Below, piece by piece: positions 1 to 8,809 of a stretch of DNA of 64,000 nucleotides (position 1 is its first letter; each line of letters begins with the position of its first letter). The stretch comes from a virus (taxonomy: Duplodnaviria; Caudoviricetes). The position numbers and the translations under genes were made by a program. The stretch is from positions 32,001-96,000 of IMG/VR virus record IMGVR_UViG_2900261899_000001; one strand, 5' to 3'. The notes below the pieces were generated by a model. That model was given only the letters and a program-made list of their open reading frames with translations, ran no database searches and was not told the origin of the DNA.

Positions 1-550
1 ACAAAATGGCGACCGACCGTTCGATCATCTTCCGACGTGACGAGGGTTTCCGTTCGACGTCCTGATCGTCGCGAGCATCTGCGGCTTCCGGGAAAAGCGG
101 AACCGGTAGGGAATCCTTCTGTCGGTTCCCTTGTCGGTTAGATGTCGGTTCAAACGTAGTGTGTCCGGAACGGCGTTCCGGGGGGGCCGGAAACCGGTTC
201 CTACCCCCCTGGAAGCTCTTTCCGGGGGGGGCGCTGCTGTTGTCCTGACATGCGTTGGCGGAGAGAAGACTTGGTTGGGCTGCTCCAAGTCTCAAGGTCA
301 GGATGTCCGTAGAGCGGCCACCGTCTTTCCGCGATCGCTCCTCACGCACCAGCAGGCCGCGTTCTTCCAGCGTGGCTAGTGCAGCGCGAACAGTCCGATC
401 TGTCAGTTCGGTGTGGCGCGCGATCTCCCCCTGAGAACGCCAAGTCTGGCCGTCGTCATCAGCAAAAAAAGCGACAGCGTTCAAGACAGCTTTGACGGAG
501 GAACTACCCGCTTTGATGTGCTGCGCCCAGATCTGCGCCTTATAGGACAT
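1..550 (-). CDS. Winged-HTH phage replication initiator, 3'-truncated by the window edge
   Basis: Not in the ORF track. Hand translation from ATG 550: MSYKAQIWAQHIKAGSSSVKAVLNAVAFFADDDGQTWRSQGEIARHTELTDRTVRAALATLEERGLLVREER..., open to base 1; iteron-like repeats (AACCGACA x3, CCCCCCGGAA x2) at ~120-231. Confidence 0.75.
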   Translation of the reverse strand, partial: MSYKAQIWAQHIKAGSSSVKAVLNAVAFFADDDGQTWRSQGEIARHTELTDRTVRAALATLEERGLLVREERSRKDGGRSTDILTLRLGAAQPSLLSANACQDNSSAPPGKSFQGGRNRFPAPPERRSGHTTFEPTSNRQGNRQKDSLPVPLFPEAADARDDQDVERKPSSRRKMIERSVAIL

Positions 551-1136
551 CGATGTCCTCCGCCGATGGCGCAATCTTGCTCGAAGACTGTTGCCACTCC
601 TCGATGAGCTTGGCGCCCTTCGAGCGGTTACAGGGGCGGCAGGCCACGCCGAGGTTGTCCGGATGATCCGAACCTCCCCGCGCGCGGGCCAAGATGTGAT
701 CGATTTCGAATGGGCCTTCGTCGTCGAGGCAGTACCGACAAAAGGAGCCGTCACGGCCGAAGACGAGCTCGCGGAGGGCCTGCCAGTTCGGTGGCGCCCG
801 CCGACCGATCAGGTAAGGGTTTGGCTCGAGCAGGTGTGCGGCATGTGATCCGCGCCACGCTAGTTCCGCGTGGGTTTCCGGCATGTCGAGGCGGCCGTCG
901 ACGGTAAGAACGACCTTACCAGCCTCACCCAGAACCGCGAGCGTTTCCGCAACCTTGCGAGGCGGCAACTTGGTAGCCGCTGCGAGCGACCCGACGTCAT
1001 CGGCGACTGGACCGCCTTGGGCATGGATCCGAAGCATGAGGGTGACGTACGTCCACCCTTCGTGCGTAAGCATGCCAGCGATCTCGCTGAGCGCAGCCGA
1101 CGGCCTAAGGCGGAACCAGGATATGCGCCTCGTCAT
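540..1136 (-). CDS. DUF1376/YdaU-like N-terminus fused to HNH endonuclease
   Basis: CRYC...EIDHILARARGGSDHPDNLGVACRPCNRSKG HNH motif; N-terminus resembles YdaU replication proteins. Confidence 0.75.
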   Translation of the reverse strand: MTRRISWFRLRPSAALSEIAGMLTHEGWTYVTLMLRIHAQGGPVADDVGSLAAATKLPPRKVAETLAVLGEAGKVVLTVDGRLDMPETHAELAWRGSHAAHLLEPNPYLIGRRAPPNWQALRELVFGRDGSFCRYCLDDEGPFEIDHILARARGGSDHPDNLGVACRPCNRSKGAKLIEEWQQSSSKIAPSAEDIDVL

Positions 1137-1921
1137 GACGCCTCCCCGTCCGGCTCAACCGGATCGAACAGCGGCGTCTCCGCCTCCCAGGCGTAGCGGC
1201 GGATGTCCTCGACGGTCAGGAAGCGGCGCTTCTGGCCCGGCGGCAGCCAGACGAAGGCGGGATCGCGCGCAGCGTGGAAGCCCGCAGTGGCGCGCTCCTT
1301 GACCCAGACGACCCAGACGTAGTCCGTCGCCGTCGAGCCGCCGGGAACCCAGCGGCCGCGGTGCATCGGGACGCGCTCGGCGTACTGGACGATGAGCGTC
1401 GGCGGATGGTGCGCGAAGACCTCGAGGTAGCGGTCCTCGGTGGCGAGCCACTGGGTGCGCACGAGGACGGCGACGCCCACCCGTGCCAGTTCCAGTCCGT
1501 GCAGGACGAACTGAGCAGCCGGATTGAAAGGCGGGTTGGTGACGAGCCAGTCGATGCCGTAGGGCGCCGGCAGGGCGTCATCGAGGAAGTCGCGCACGCC
1601 GCCCCAGCCGGGCGGGTGGGGTTCGCGGACGCCGCCATGCGCGAAGACGTCGGTGGCCAGGACCTCGCCGAAGTAGTCCTGCAGCGGGCCCGACATATGC
1701 CCCTGCCCGCAAGCCGGATCCCAAGCGTGTTGGTACCGGTTCGCGAGATGGCGTTCCTGCAGCAGCGTGCAGAAGGCCCGCGTCGCCCACGGGGGCGTCG
1801 GGAAGAACTCCAGCGAGTCCGGCGGCTCGCGGCGCTGGCCCATGATCGAGCGGGCGCCACCGGGGAGAACCGCCGGCGTGCAGGCTTTGGCACCGGCCGT
1901 GACGATCTTCGGGGCGCTCAT
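1133..1921 (-). CDS. Phage DNA amino-methyltransferase (N6-A/N4-C)
   Basis: FFPTPPWAT, WDPACGQGHM (motif I), TNPPF (motif IV). Confidence 0.85.
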   Translation of the reverse strand: MSAPKIVTAGAKACTPAVLPGGARSIMGQRREPPDSLEFFPTPPWATRAFCTLLQERHLANRYQHAWDPACGQGHMSGPLQDYFGEVLATDVFAHGGVREPHPPGWGGVRDFLDDALPAPYGIDWLVTNPPFNPAAQFVLHGLELARVGVAVLVRTQWLATEDRYLEVFAHHPPTLIVQYAERVPMHRGRWVPGGSTATDYVWVVWVKERATAGFHAARDPAFVWLPPGQKRRFLTVEDIRRYAWEAETPLFDPVEPDGEAS

Positions 1922-3162
1922 GCCGATGCTCCGATGAGAAGCGGCTGCACGGTCCCGTCGGGGAAGATCGCGTCCATCGGGAGATCGGCGACCGGCTCGT
2001 CACCGGTCCAGCGCTGCGGCCATGTGCCGAGGTCGATCAGCTCGCGGATGCGAGCCTCCTCCTCCCCGTTCAGCAGATCGACGACGGGCCGATCGAGGCG
2101 GGCGGCCTCCGCATTGCAGGTGGCCTGGATCGCCAGGATGCGTTCGAGCGCGTCGAGCCGGGCCGGAAGCGTGATTGGCCCCATGCGCTGCTGGTTCGGG
2201 ACAAGTGTCCCGTCGCGGCGGGTCTCGCCGCCGGGCTGGCGCAGACGGTTTCGGGGCAGCCGAAGCTCCCGGTAGATCGGGCGCAGACCGAGCAGCGGGC
2301 GCAGGTACGACCAGGCCGGAAGCTCGACAACGGCTTCGAGCGCCTTGTCCTGGCTCGCGAGCGGGCAGCCGATGCAGCCGGTTCGGGCGTTGCGATCCTC
2401 GGCGTCGTCACCACCGTAGGCGTCGGCGAGCATGGCCGTCGCCCATCCGCCGTAGGCCTGCATCGGCGCGAAGACCTTCAGCCAGTCCCAGACGTTGCAG
2501 ACCCGCCAGTGCAGGATCGGCGCAAGCGTCGCGATCCGGCCGCGGATGCCCTTCATCCCGGGCAGGACCTGCTGGTACCAACCCTGCCCGCACTCAGCAC
2601 CGTCCTTCGAGCATGACATCTCGATGCGGCGATCGCGGATCGCGCTTTCGCCCTGACGGACGCCCGTGATCGTCAGCACGGTCTCGGTAACGGGCAGGTG
2701 CGCGAGGTCCGCCTCGATCGCCGCCGCCATCGGGTCGATCTTGATCTGCCGCGTGCACCAGCGCAGCGTGTTGTTGTTCGGCGGCGGAACACCGCGGCCG
2801 AGGATGTAGACCAGGAACCGGCGGTCGAGCGGCGCCGTGACGACCCGGACGCGGATCCAGGGGAAGCGCGCCAGTCGAGCCATCACGTCGGCGGCGGCGA
2901 TCGCCAGCGGCGTCAGTTCGAGCCGCGTGTCGGCATAGTAGACCGTGAGCGTCTTCGGACGGGCCAGTCGGCCGGTCTCGATCAGGTGGACGATCAGGGT
3001 CAGCGTTGCCGTCGAGTCCTTGCCGCCCGACCACGCGATCGCCCAGTGGTCGTGCTTCGCCCCGTACTCGGCGAGCGACATCAGCGTCATCTCGACGGCG
3101 TCGTCGTAGACGAGGCGCGTCGCGGTCGCCGTGAACAGGTCGGATTGCGCGCGCGCGTTCAT
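1918..3162 (-). CDS. PAPS-reductase family protein, DndC-like
   Basis: SGGKDS PP-loop, GRGVPPP..LRWCT..IKIDP, GVRQGES, RTGCIGC. Confidence 0.85.
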   Translation of the reverse strand: MNARAQSDLFTATATRLVYDDAVEMTLMSLAEYGAKHDHWAIAWSGGKDSTATLTLIVHLIETGRLARPKTLTVYYADTRLELTPLAIAAADVMARLARFPWIRVRVVTAPLDRRFLVYILGRGVPPPNNNTLRWCTRQIKIDPMAAAIEADLAHLPVTETVLTITGVRQGESAIRDRRIEMSCSKDGAECGQGWYQQVLPGMKGIRGRIATLAPILHWRVCNVWDWLKVFAPMQAYGGWATAMLADAYGGDDAEDRNARTGCIGCPLASQDKALEAVVELPAWSYLRPLLGLRPIYRELRLPRNRLRQPGGETRRDGTLVPNQQRMGPITLPARLDALERILAIQATCNAEAARLDRPVVDLLNGEEEARIRELIDLGTWPQRWTGDEPVADLPMDAIFPDGTVQPLLIGASA

Positions 3163-3839
3163 GCCCCGGCTCCTTCAGCCCGAAGCCGGGCTACATGCGC
3201 CCTCCCTGTCTCGGTCAGCGCCCACCAGTTCGGGCGGACGCGAGCGACAAAGCCGGACTCCTTCAGCGCGGTGAGGCGCACGCTGCCGATCGACCGCGTC
3301 GGCCGATCCGCCGACCGGCCGGTCATCGCGACGCCGAACTGCATGGCGGTGCCGCCGGCATGGCCGAGGCCGGCGAAGACGAGCAGCAGGCGATCGAGGG
3401 CGGTGCGCTGGCGCTCCGCGGCCGTGCGCGCGGCTGTCGGCGAGACCCGGCAGCCAAGACGATGCAGTTCGGCGAGCCCAGCGTCGGTGAGGGTGTAGCG
3501 GGCGTGGCCGGTGCGCGTGACGAGGCCGTGCCGGACGAGCGCCGCCAGAAGGCTGCCGCCGAGAGCGCCGGCTTCGGCCGTGATCAGCGTCGGCTCGAGC
3601 GCATGACCGAGCGTGAGCGGCGAGACGTTGCCGCCGAGATCCGACACGGTCAGCAGGGCGAGTTCGCGCGAGGACTGTCGGGTCGCATCCGGCTCGCACG
3701 ATCCGCTCGCGTGGTCCGCGGGCACAGCCTGGAGGCCGGTCCGGACGACGTCGATCCGCGCGAGCACGGCCTCGGCCGGCGCACCGGCGCGAACGGCATC
3801 GGCAACGGAGGCGATGAGGGTGAGAAGGTCGGCGCTCAT
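3159..3839 (-). CDS. Hypothetical protein with tandem winged-helix-like segments
   Basis: ATG 3839 overlaps the upstream stop; two L..GLV...Y/W.LT..G motifs. Confidence 0.6.
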   Translation of the reverse strand: MSADLLTLIASVADAVRAGAPAEAVLARIDVVRTGLQAVPADHASGSCEPDATRQSSRELALLTVSDLGGNVSPLTLGHALEPTLITAEAGALGGSLLAALVRHGLVTRTGHARYTLTDAGLAELHRLGCRVSPTAARTAAERQRTALDRLLLVFAGLGHAGGTAMQFGVAMTGRSADRPTRSIGSVRLTALKESGFVARVRPNWWALTETGRAHVARLRAEGAGA

Positions 3840-4717
3840 CGGATCACCCCGAGATGCGCGGGCCGGCGGACCACGTCGGAGCAGGCGTCGGAGGGCCGGA
3901 CGTCGCGAACGGCAGAGGCCCCGAACGGGCTGCCGCAGACGACGCCGCGCCGGCACGTGCCGGTGAGGTCGCGGCCGACGAAGGCGGTGGCGTAGGCGTC
4001 GAGCTCGCTGCAGCGCAGGGGCGCGTAGCCGCGGATCACCACATCCCTGAAGCCGTAGCGCTCGGCGGTGTTGCGGGCGCCGTCGGGATCGCTGCCGCAG
4101 GCTGACAGCGGCAGCAGGAGCGCGAGGCCGGCCACGGCGCCGACGGTAGGGCTCGAAATAGCTGTGGCCTTCAGGCTGCCAATGAAAGCATCCCGGGCAG
4201 CAATCGCATCATCTATCGTTGCGAACCATCCAACATTAACGCGAATATTGAACCGCCTTACCCGCACACGATAAGGTTTTGCGCTGTTCATTGCAGGCGC
4301 ATACGCAATGCATGCGTGGCCGGTCCTATTGTCTTTACGTACGCTTAGATTCCCATTCTGGACGAAACGATTAGCAGGACGAAGATTTCCAATTCGATTG
4401 TTGCCGCGATCTCTATCTCTGTGGTCAATTTCTTCTGACGGCCAATTCCCTTTGATCAACAGCCAGGCGACACGATGGACTAAGAATCGCTGTCCCTTGA
4501 AGCCGAGTCGTCGATAGCCGTCACCGTTATCGCCGCCGGCTTCGTTGCCGCGCCGGGCATTGGCCGCAACGTCCTTCGACCAAAAGAGCTTGCCGGTAGC
4601 GGCCTCATACCTGAGGCACGACATAAGCTCGGTCGCTACATCGTCGGTCTCCGACCGATAGTCGTTATCATCTGCGTTCTGAGACGCGCCGGAGCGCGAA
4701 AGGGAAAAGGCGATCAT
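3836..4717 (-). CDS. HNH-AP2 homing endonuclease fused in frame to a lipoprotein-like C-terminus
   Basis: HRVAWLL..G.WP..EIDHRDRDRGNNRIGNLR; AP2-like VGWFATIDDAIAARD; then AVAGLALLLPLSAC lipobox. Confidence 0.8.
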   Translation of the reverse strand: MIAFSLSRSGASQNADDNDYRSETDDVATELMSCLRYEAATGKLFWSKDVAANARRGNEAGGDNGDGYRRLGFKGQRFLVHRVAWLLIKGNWPSEEIDHRDRDRGNNRIGNLRPANRFVQNGNLSVRKDNRTGHACIAYAPAMNSAKPYRVRVRRFNIRVNVGWFATIDDAIAARDAFIGSLKATAISSPTVGAVAGLALLLPLSACGSDPDGARNTAERYGFRDVVIRGYAPLRCSELDAYATAFVGRDLTGTCRRGVVCGSPFGASAVRDVRPSDACSDVVRRPAHLGVIR

Positions 4718-4944
4718 GCCGCGCGCGCCTCCGCGTTGAGGTGGCTGGCGGCGGCACGCGCCTCGTCATGCCGGTAGAGGCAGGCCCGGATGCCGTCGCC
4801 GTAGGCCAGTGCGTTGGCGCCGTCGGAACCGGCGACGATCCAGAGCCCGTCGTGCGGCTTGGTGGTGTCGGCCGGCGCGGCCCGGAACGGCTCCTGGCCG
4901 GACGCGAGCAGGACGGCGTTGCCGAGGCGGATCATCCTGCGCAT
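4714..4944 (-). CDS. Hypothetical phage protein
   Basis: ATG 4944; stop overlaps the next start; operon context. Confidence 0.5.
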   Translation of the reverse strand: MRRMIRLGNAVLLASGQEPFRAAPADTTKPHDGLWIVAGSDGANALAYGDGIRACLYRHDEARAAASHLNAEARAA

Positions 4945-5333
4945 GAGGCGGCCTCGCATTCGTCGTTGAGGCGTCGCGCGGCCTCTGCGCCGGCCGGCGT
5001 GATCCGCCAGCCGTCGGGGTCCTTGCGGGCGTGGCCCAGCGCGATGAGCTGCCCGAGGCGCAGTCGGCCATGGCGCTCGACCGCGACCGGCGGCGTGCCC
5101 GGCAGGAGCTTGATCCCCAGCGCCGACGGGCTGCCGATGTGCTGCAGGCGCGCCATCACGCGCAGGGCCGGGGCGAGTTCGGGCGAGCCGGCGCGGGGCC
5201 GGCGGCGAAGCGCCGGCTGCAGGTCGACCTCGACCGCGCGCAGCAGGCGCACGAGCTCGGCGCGCGCCGGCATCGGCTGCATCGTGCCGTCGAGGCGGGC
5301 GATGAGGGTGCGGACGTCGGCGAGGGCTGTCAT
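4932..5333 (-). CDS. Hypothetical protein (wHTH-like C-terminus)
   Basis: ATGA overlap with upstream gene; LIALGHA...WRITPAG. Confidence 0.55.
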   Translation of the reverse strand: MTALADVRTLIARLDGTMQPMPARAELVRLLRAVEVDLQPALRRRPRAGSPELAPALRVMARLQHIGSPSALGIKLLPGTPPVAVERHGRLRLGQLIALGHARKDPDGWRITPAGAEAARRLNDECEAASCAG

Positions 5334-5773
5334 CCGCCCACCTCGACGACTTCGAAGCCACCGACGCCGGCCTTCGACGGCCACGCGAAGAAGAACCGAA
5401 ATGGGTAGACTTCACCCGCGATCTTCATCTTCGCGTTGGCGTCTTCCTCGATGAGGTGCTTCGCGCCTTTGGTGTCGTGAAATTCGAACACGCCGGTCGA
5501 CGGCAGCACGGCGAAATCCGGCGTCAGGTGCGTGTTGTCGGCGAGCCGAAGCTTGATTGCCTGGAACGCCCACCAGAAGACCTCGCCCGAGGCGCGGCGC
5601 GCTTCGAGCACGGCCGCGTAGCGGGTCTCGGTCCGGTTCATGCGGCCGGCCTTCATCCGGCCGAGCGCGCGGTAGGCCTTGCCGGGGCCCGACCGGGTCG
5701 CGCCGGTCAGCACGCGGTAGGCGGCCGCGGTGATGACGGCGGGACGCACAGCGTTGGCGGGGCCGCGGCGCAT
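5330..5773 (-). CDS. DUF1064-like PD-(D/E)xK endonuclease / resolvase
   Basis: MNRTETRYA, TPDF...EFHDTKG. Confidence 0.75.
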   Translation of the reverse strand: MRRGPANAVRPAVITAAAYRVLTGATRSGPGKAYRALGRMKAGRMNRTETRYAAVLEARRASGEVFWWAFQAIKLRLADNTHLTPDFAVLPSTGVFEFHDTKGAKHLIEEDANAKMKIAGEVYPFRFFFAWPSKAGVGGFEVVEVGG

Positions 5774-5776
5774 GGC

Positions 5777-6055
5777 TCAGACCACCATCCCGAGGGCCTG
5801 CTGATACAGTTCGAGGATCGCCTCCTCTTCCTGGCGTTCAGCGTGGTCCTTCTTGCGCAGGCGCAGGATCGTGCGAACAGCCTTTACGTCGAAGCCGCGA
5901 CCCTTCATCTCGGCGAACACTTCTTTGATGTCGCCGGAAATAGCTGCTTTTTCTTCTTCCAGGCGTTCGACGCGTTCGATGAACTGTCTAAGCTCATCGG
6001 CGGCGACGCCTTCGGACGACACGTCTTGCGTCGAAACGGAATGTGTGCTTTGCAT
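5777..6055 (-). CDS. gapR: GapR-like DUF2312 nucleoid-associated protein
   Basis: [49 protein letters not shown]...[10 protein letters not shown]. Confidence 0.92.
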   Translation of the reverse strand: MQSTHSVSTQDVSSEGVAADELRQFIERVERLEEEKAAISGDIKEVFAEMKGRGFDVKAVRTILRLRKKDHAERQEEEAILELYQQALGMVV

Positions 6056-6130
6056 TGCGAAACCTCAGAGCGTGAATTCACCGCTCGGTCCCCGCTTGGC
6101 GGTTGGGGACCGGGCGGTTTTCGTTTGGGG

Positions 6131-6607
6131 TCAGGGGTGCCGTCGGCGCCCGTAGAGCGGCCGGTAGCCGGGCTTCGGCTCCGTACGGGCCGGCTGGCCG
6201 CCACCACCGCCGCCGACCGTGCGCATCACGAGACGCAGCGTCGGCGGTTCGGGCGCGCCGGCACCGTTGTCGAGCCGCAGCAGCGCGTCTTTCATCCGCG
6301 CCACGGTCTCGATCCGGGCGAGCTCGTTCAGCATCTCGCGATTGAAGCGCAGCAGCGTCAGCGCGACCGGGGCCGCATTGCCGCGCAGGTGCTCGTTCTC
6401 GGCCATGAGCGCATCGCTGAGCACCCGGACGCGCTGGACCTCCGAGCCGCAGGACAGCGCCGCCGCAAGATCCAGGGTATCGCCGCCGGCCGCCGTTTCC
6501 GATTTCTCGGAGTATAGCGAATGGACCGCGGCTGTACCCGAAAGCTCAGCCTGCGTATCCAAGACGGGCGGCAAGTCGAACCGCAGAGCGAGAGCGCCTC
6601 TAGACAT
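6131..6607 (-). CDS. Hypothetical protein
   Basis: ORF overlapping upstream stop in the cro operon. Confidence 0.5.
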   Translation of the reverse strand: MSRGALALRFDLPPVLDTQAELSGTAAVHSLYSEKSETAAGGDTLDLAAALSCGSEVQRVRVLSDALMAENEHLRGNAAPVALTLLRFNREMLNELARIETVARMKDALLRLDNGAGAPEPPTLRLVMRTVGGGGGGQPARTEPKPGYRPLYGRRRHP

Positions 6608-7142
6608 GAGCCGATCCCCGGGTTTCCCGATAAAGCTTCTGGTGCGTGGCGGCGGCAGTTTCGGCCGCGATCTCGCGGTGCCGGGCCAAGTGGTGCCGCC
6701 GGCAGAACCACGTCACAACGAGCGGGCGGGCGTAGTCCTCGTGATGGGCCTCGACGCGCTTCGTCGTTCCGCAGGTCGCGCAGGGGCCCTTCGTCAGGGT
6801 GCCGCTGCGCAGCGCCCGGCACACCGCCTGATGCGCGCGGCGTTTCTCTGGGTTCGCGCACTGCCAGCGGCGGTTCTTCGTCGTCGAGAAGCCGGGATGT
6901 GCGGCGCGGTAGGCCTTCTGCTTGGCGCTGTTGCAGCCCGAGCAGAACAGACGGAACCCCACGCCGGAGCCGTCGGAACGGCGCACCAGCTGTCGCTCGC
7001 CGCCGCAGGCTGGGCAGTGGCGCAGGGGCGCCCTGCCGTCGCGCAAAGGGGAACCCTGCGGTGGCACGTCGGTAGGGGGAACCACCGCAGGGATCGGCCC
7101 GTGCATTCGGGCGCGATGGGGATTGGGGGTGAGAGCCGACAT
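6600..7142 (-). CDS. Zn-finger/HNH-like phage protein
   Basis: CATCG...VEAHHEDYARPLVVTWFCRRHH; two further CxxC pairs. Confidence 0.7.
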   Translation of the reverse strand: MSALTPNPHRARMHGPIPAVVPPTDVPPQGSPLRDGRAPLRHCPACGGERQLVRRSDGSGVGFRLFCSGCNSAKQKAYRAAHPGFSTTKNRRWQCANPEKRRAHQAVCRALRSGTLTKGPCATCGTTKRVEAHHEDYARPLVVTWFCRRHHLARHREIAAETAAATHQKLYRETRGSAHV

Positions 7143-7399
7143 CAGGCGACCCTCTTTTCGAGGATCCGCTGGCGCCGTCTCGGTACACGCAGTGCGTGGA
7201 TGCGGACGAGACAGTCGTTGTCGATCGGTAGAGCGTTCGCCGTCGCGTAGTCGACGATGCAGGGCCAGTAATCGACCGGAATGGAGCCGCGGGCGAGGAT
7301 ATCGCTCCCTCGAGCACCGGGATTTTTCAGAAAGCCGCAGATGCGCCCAAACTTGGTTGGACCACCCAGCGCTTCCACGATTTCGCGTACGGAGTTCAT
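7142..7399 (-). CDS. Cro-like repressor
   Basis: IVEALGGPTKFGRICG...RGSIPVDYW; divergent from CI. Confidence 0.8.
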   Translation of the reverse strand: MNSVREIVEALGGPTKFGRICGFLKNPGARGSDILARGSIPVDYWPCIVDYATANALPIDNDCLVRIHALRVPRRRQRILEKRVA

Positions 7400-7412
7400 G
7401 GCGGGGCAAGCA

Positions 7413-7453
7413 TTACGCCTAATGCGTAACGACTGTCAACGCACAATGCGTAA
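7413..7453. promoter_or_regulatory. Operators between cro and cI, overlapping the cro promoter
   Basis: TTACGCCTAATGCGTAA (7413-7429), CAACGCACAATGCGTAA (7437-7453); TTGACA on minus strand at 7434-7439. Confidence 0.8.
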
Positions 7454-7475
7454 CAGGCCGTGCGTATCTCGGCGG

Positions 7476-8081
7476 ATGGATACCCCGGCCGAACGCCTCC
7501 AATTTCTCCGTAAGCGCGCTGGCTTCGAAACAGCCTCGGATGCGGCCCGAGCCTACGGTTGGACGAAGTCCACCTATCTTGGGCACGAAAACGGGGACCG
7601 AAACCCGTCGCGTGAAAGCGCGAAACGCTATGCGAAGGCGTACAAGGAGCGGTGGGAGTGGATCATCGACGGCGAGCAAAAGTCGCCGGGCGGTGATGCC
7701 GACACGGTGCCGATACTCGGCGATGTCGGCGCAGGGGGGAAAGTCTACTTCTCTGGCGCGCCCGAAGGTGGCTACGACCGCGCACCGCGTCCGCCTGGTG
7801 GTTCCGCAACGACTGTTGCCGCCCGGGTCCGTGGAGATTCGATGCCCGGCATCGCCGAAGACCAGTGGCTGATCTACTACGACAGCCGCGTGGCGAGCGT
7901 GCCGGACGAGTTCCTCGGCGAGTTGTGCGTCGTGTGGCTCTCCGACGATCGCGTCTACGTCAAGAAGGTGTACCGGGGGCGAGACCCCGGCACCTTCGAT
8001 TTGATCTCCTCGGGCTACGAACCGTTGCGCAACGAGGACGTCGAGTGGTGCGCGAAAGTGACCTGGATCAAGCCGCGCTAG
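7476..8081 (+). CDS. CI-like repressor (XRE HTH + S24 peptidase)
   Basis: RLQFLRKRAG...TYLGHENGDR HTH; VRGDSM and YVKK catalytic motifs. Confidence 0.92.
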   Translation: MDTPAERLQFLRKRAGFETASDAARAYGWTKSTYLGHENGDRNPSRESAKRYAKAYKERWEWIIDGEQKSPGGDADTVPILGDVGAGGKVYFSGAPEGGYDRAPRPPGGSATTVAARVRGDSMPGIAEDQWLIYYDSRVASVPDEFLGELCVVWLSDDRVYVKKVYRGRDPGTFDLISSGYEPLRNEDVEWCAKVTWIKPR

Positions 8082-8326
8082 TAGTCGTCGTGCTCGGGCA
8101 CGTCACCGATTCTGGACAAGAATGTAGGCACCGTACACTCGTCTGATCTGTCGTCACTCGATGTTGAGAAAGCCAAGGCTCCGATGGCATGTCGCTGTTC
8201 GACGAGCCTTTCGGCGAGCCGTTTAGCGCTATCAGCTGTACTGCACATTTGGATTGGCGCGGTCTTGATCGGTCCGCGACCGGTTCGCACGAACGGTTGA
8301 ACGCCGAAACTCTGGGAACGCGCCAT
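8078..8326 (-). CDS. Small SOS-boxed hypothetical protein (related to 31119-31373)
   Basis: GGAG-type RBS; VQPF...A.RLAE....A.AF...GDVP pattern. Confidence 0.7.
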   Translation of the reverse strand: MARSQSFGVQPFVRTGRGPIKTAPIQMCSTADSAKRLAERLVEQRHAIGALAFSTSSDDRSDECTVPTFLSRIGDVPEHDDY

Positions 8327-8367
8327 CTGAAACTCCTCGTGGAGACCAGAAGCTGATCCTAAAAACG

Positions 8368-8382
8368 GAACGAAACAAGAAC
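8368..8382. promoter_or_regulatory. Alphaproteobacterial LexA (SOS) box
   Basis: GAAC-GAAACAA-GAAC. Confidence 0.75.
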
Positions 8383-8398
8383 AAAAGTGCGCTTTGGG

Positions 8399-8491
8399 TT
8401 ACGCATGCTGCGGCCCTGTGGATAACGGTGACGAAAAAATCTCGGACATGTTACGCATTTTGCGTTGACGTATATTACGCATTCGGCGTAA
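8399..8491. promoter_or_regulatory. Second operator cluster and early rightward promoter; includes a DnaA box
   Basis: TTACGCATTTTGCGTTG (8451-8467), TTACGCATTCGGCGTAA (8475-8491), weaker copy 8399-8415; TTGACG 8465-8470; TGTGGATAA 8417-8425. Confidence 0.75.
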
Positions 8492-8521
8492 CGTCTGGTC
8501 ATTCCGAAGCCGGAGCGACCG

Positions 8522-8809
8522 ATGTCCCAGAGCGCGCCGAACCCGAAGCCCCTTGCACCGCCGGACCGCCTCACGGCGTTCTTCGCGACACTCGACCGCC
8601 AGCTCGCCTTCCTCGCGCGGCCTGATCACCAGATCGACGAGCTGAACCTGCGCATCGCCCACAACGAGCGGTGCAAGAGCTACCTCTGCCGGGTCGGTTC
8701 GCAGAACTATGACGCCTTCGATCTGACCGCGATCGACGCCGGGCTCCACGGTCGGTTGGCCGATGCCATGGCGCGGCGCGACGCACCTGCGATGCAGGAG
8801 GCCGCATAG
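8522..8809 (+). CDS. Hypothetical early protein
   Basis: GGAG RBS; first gene after the operators. Confidence 0.65.
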   Translation: MSQSAPNPKPLAPPDRLTAFFATLDRQLAFLARPDHQIDELNLRIAHNERCKSYLCRVGSQNYDAFDLTAIDAGLHGRLADAMARRDAPAMQEAA

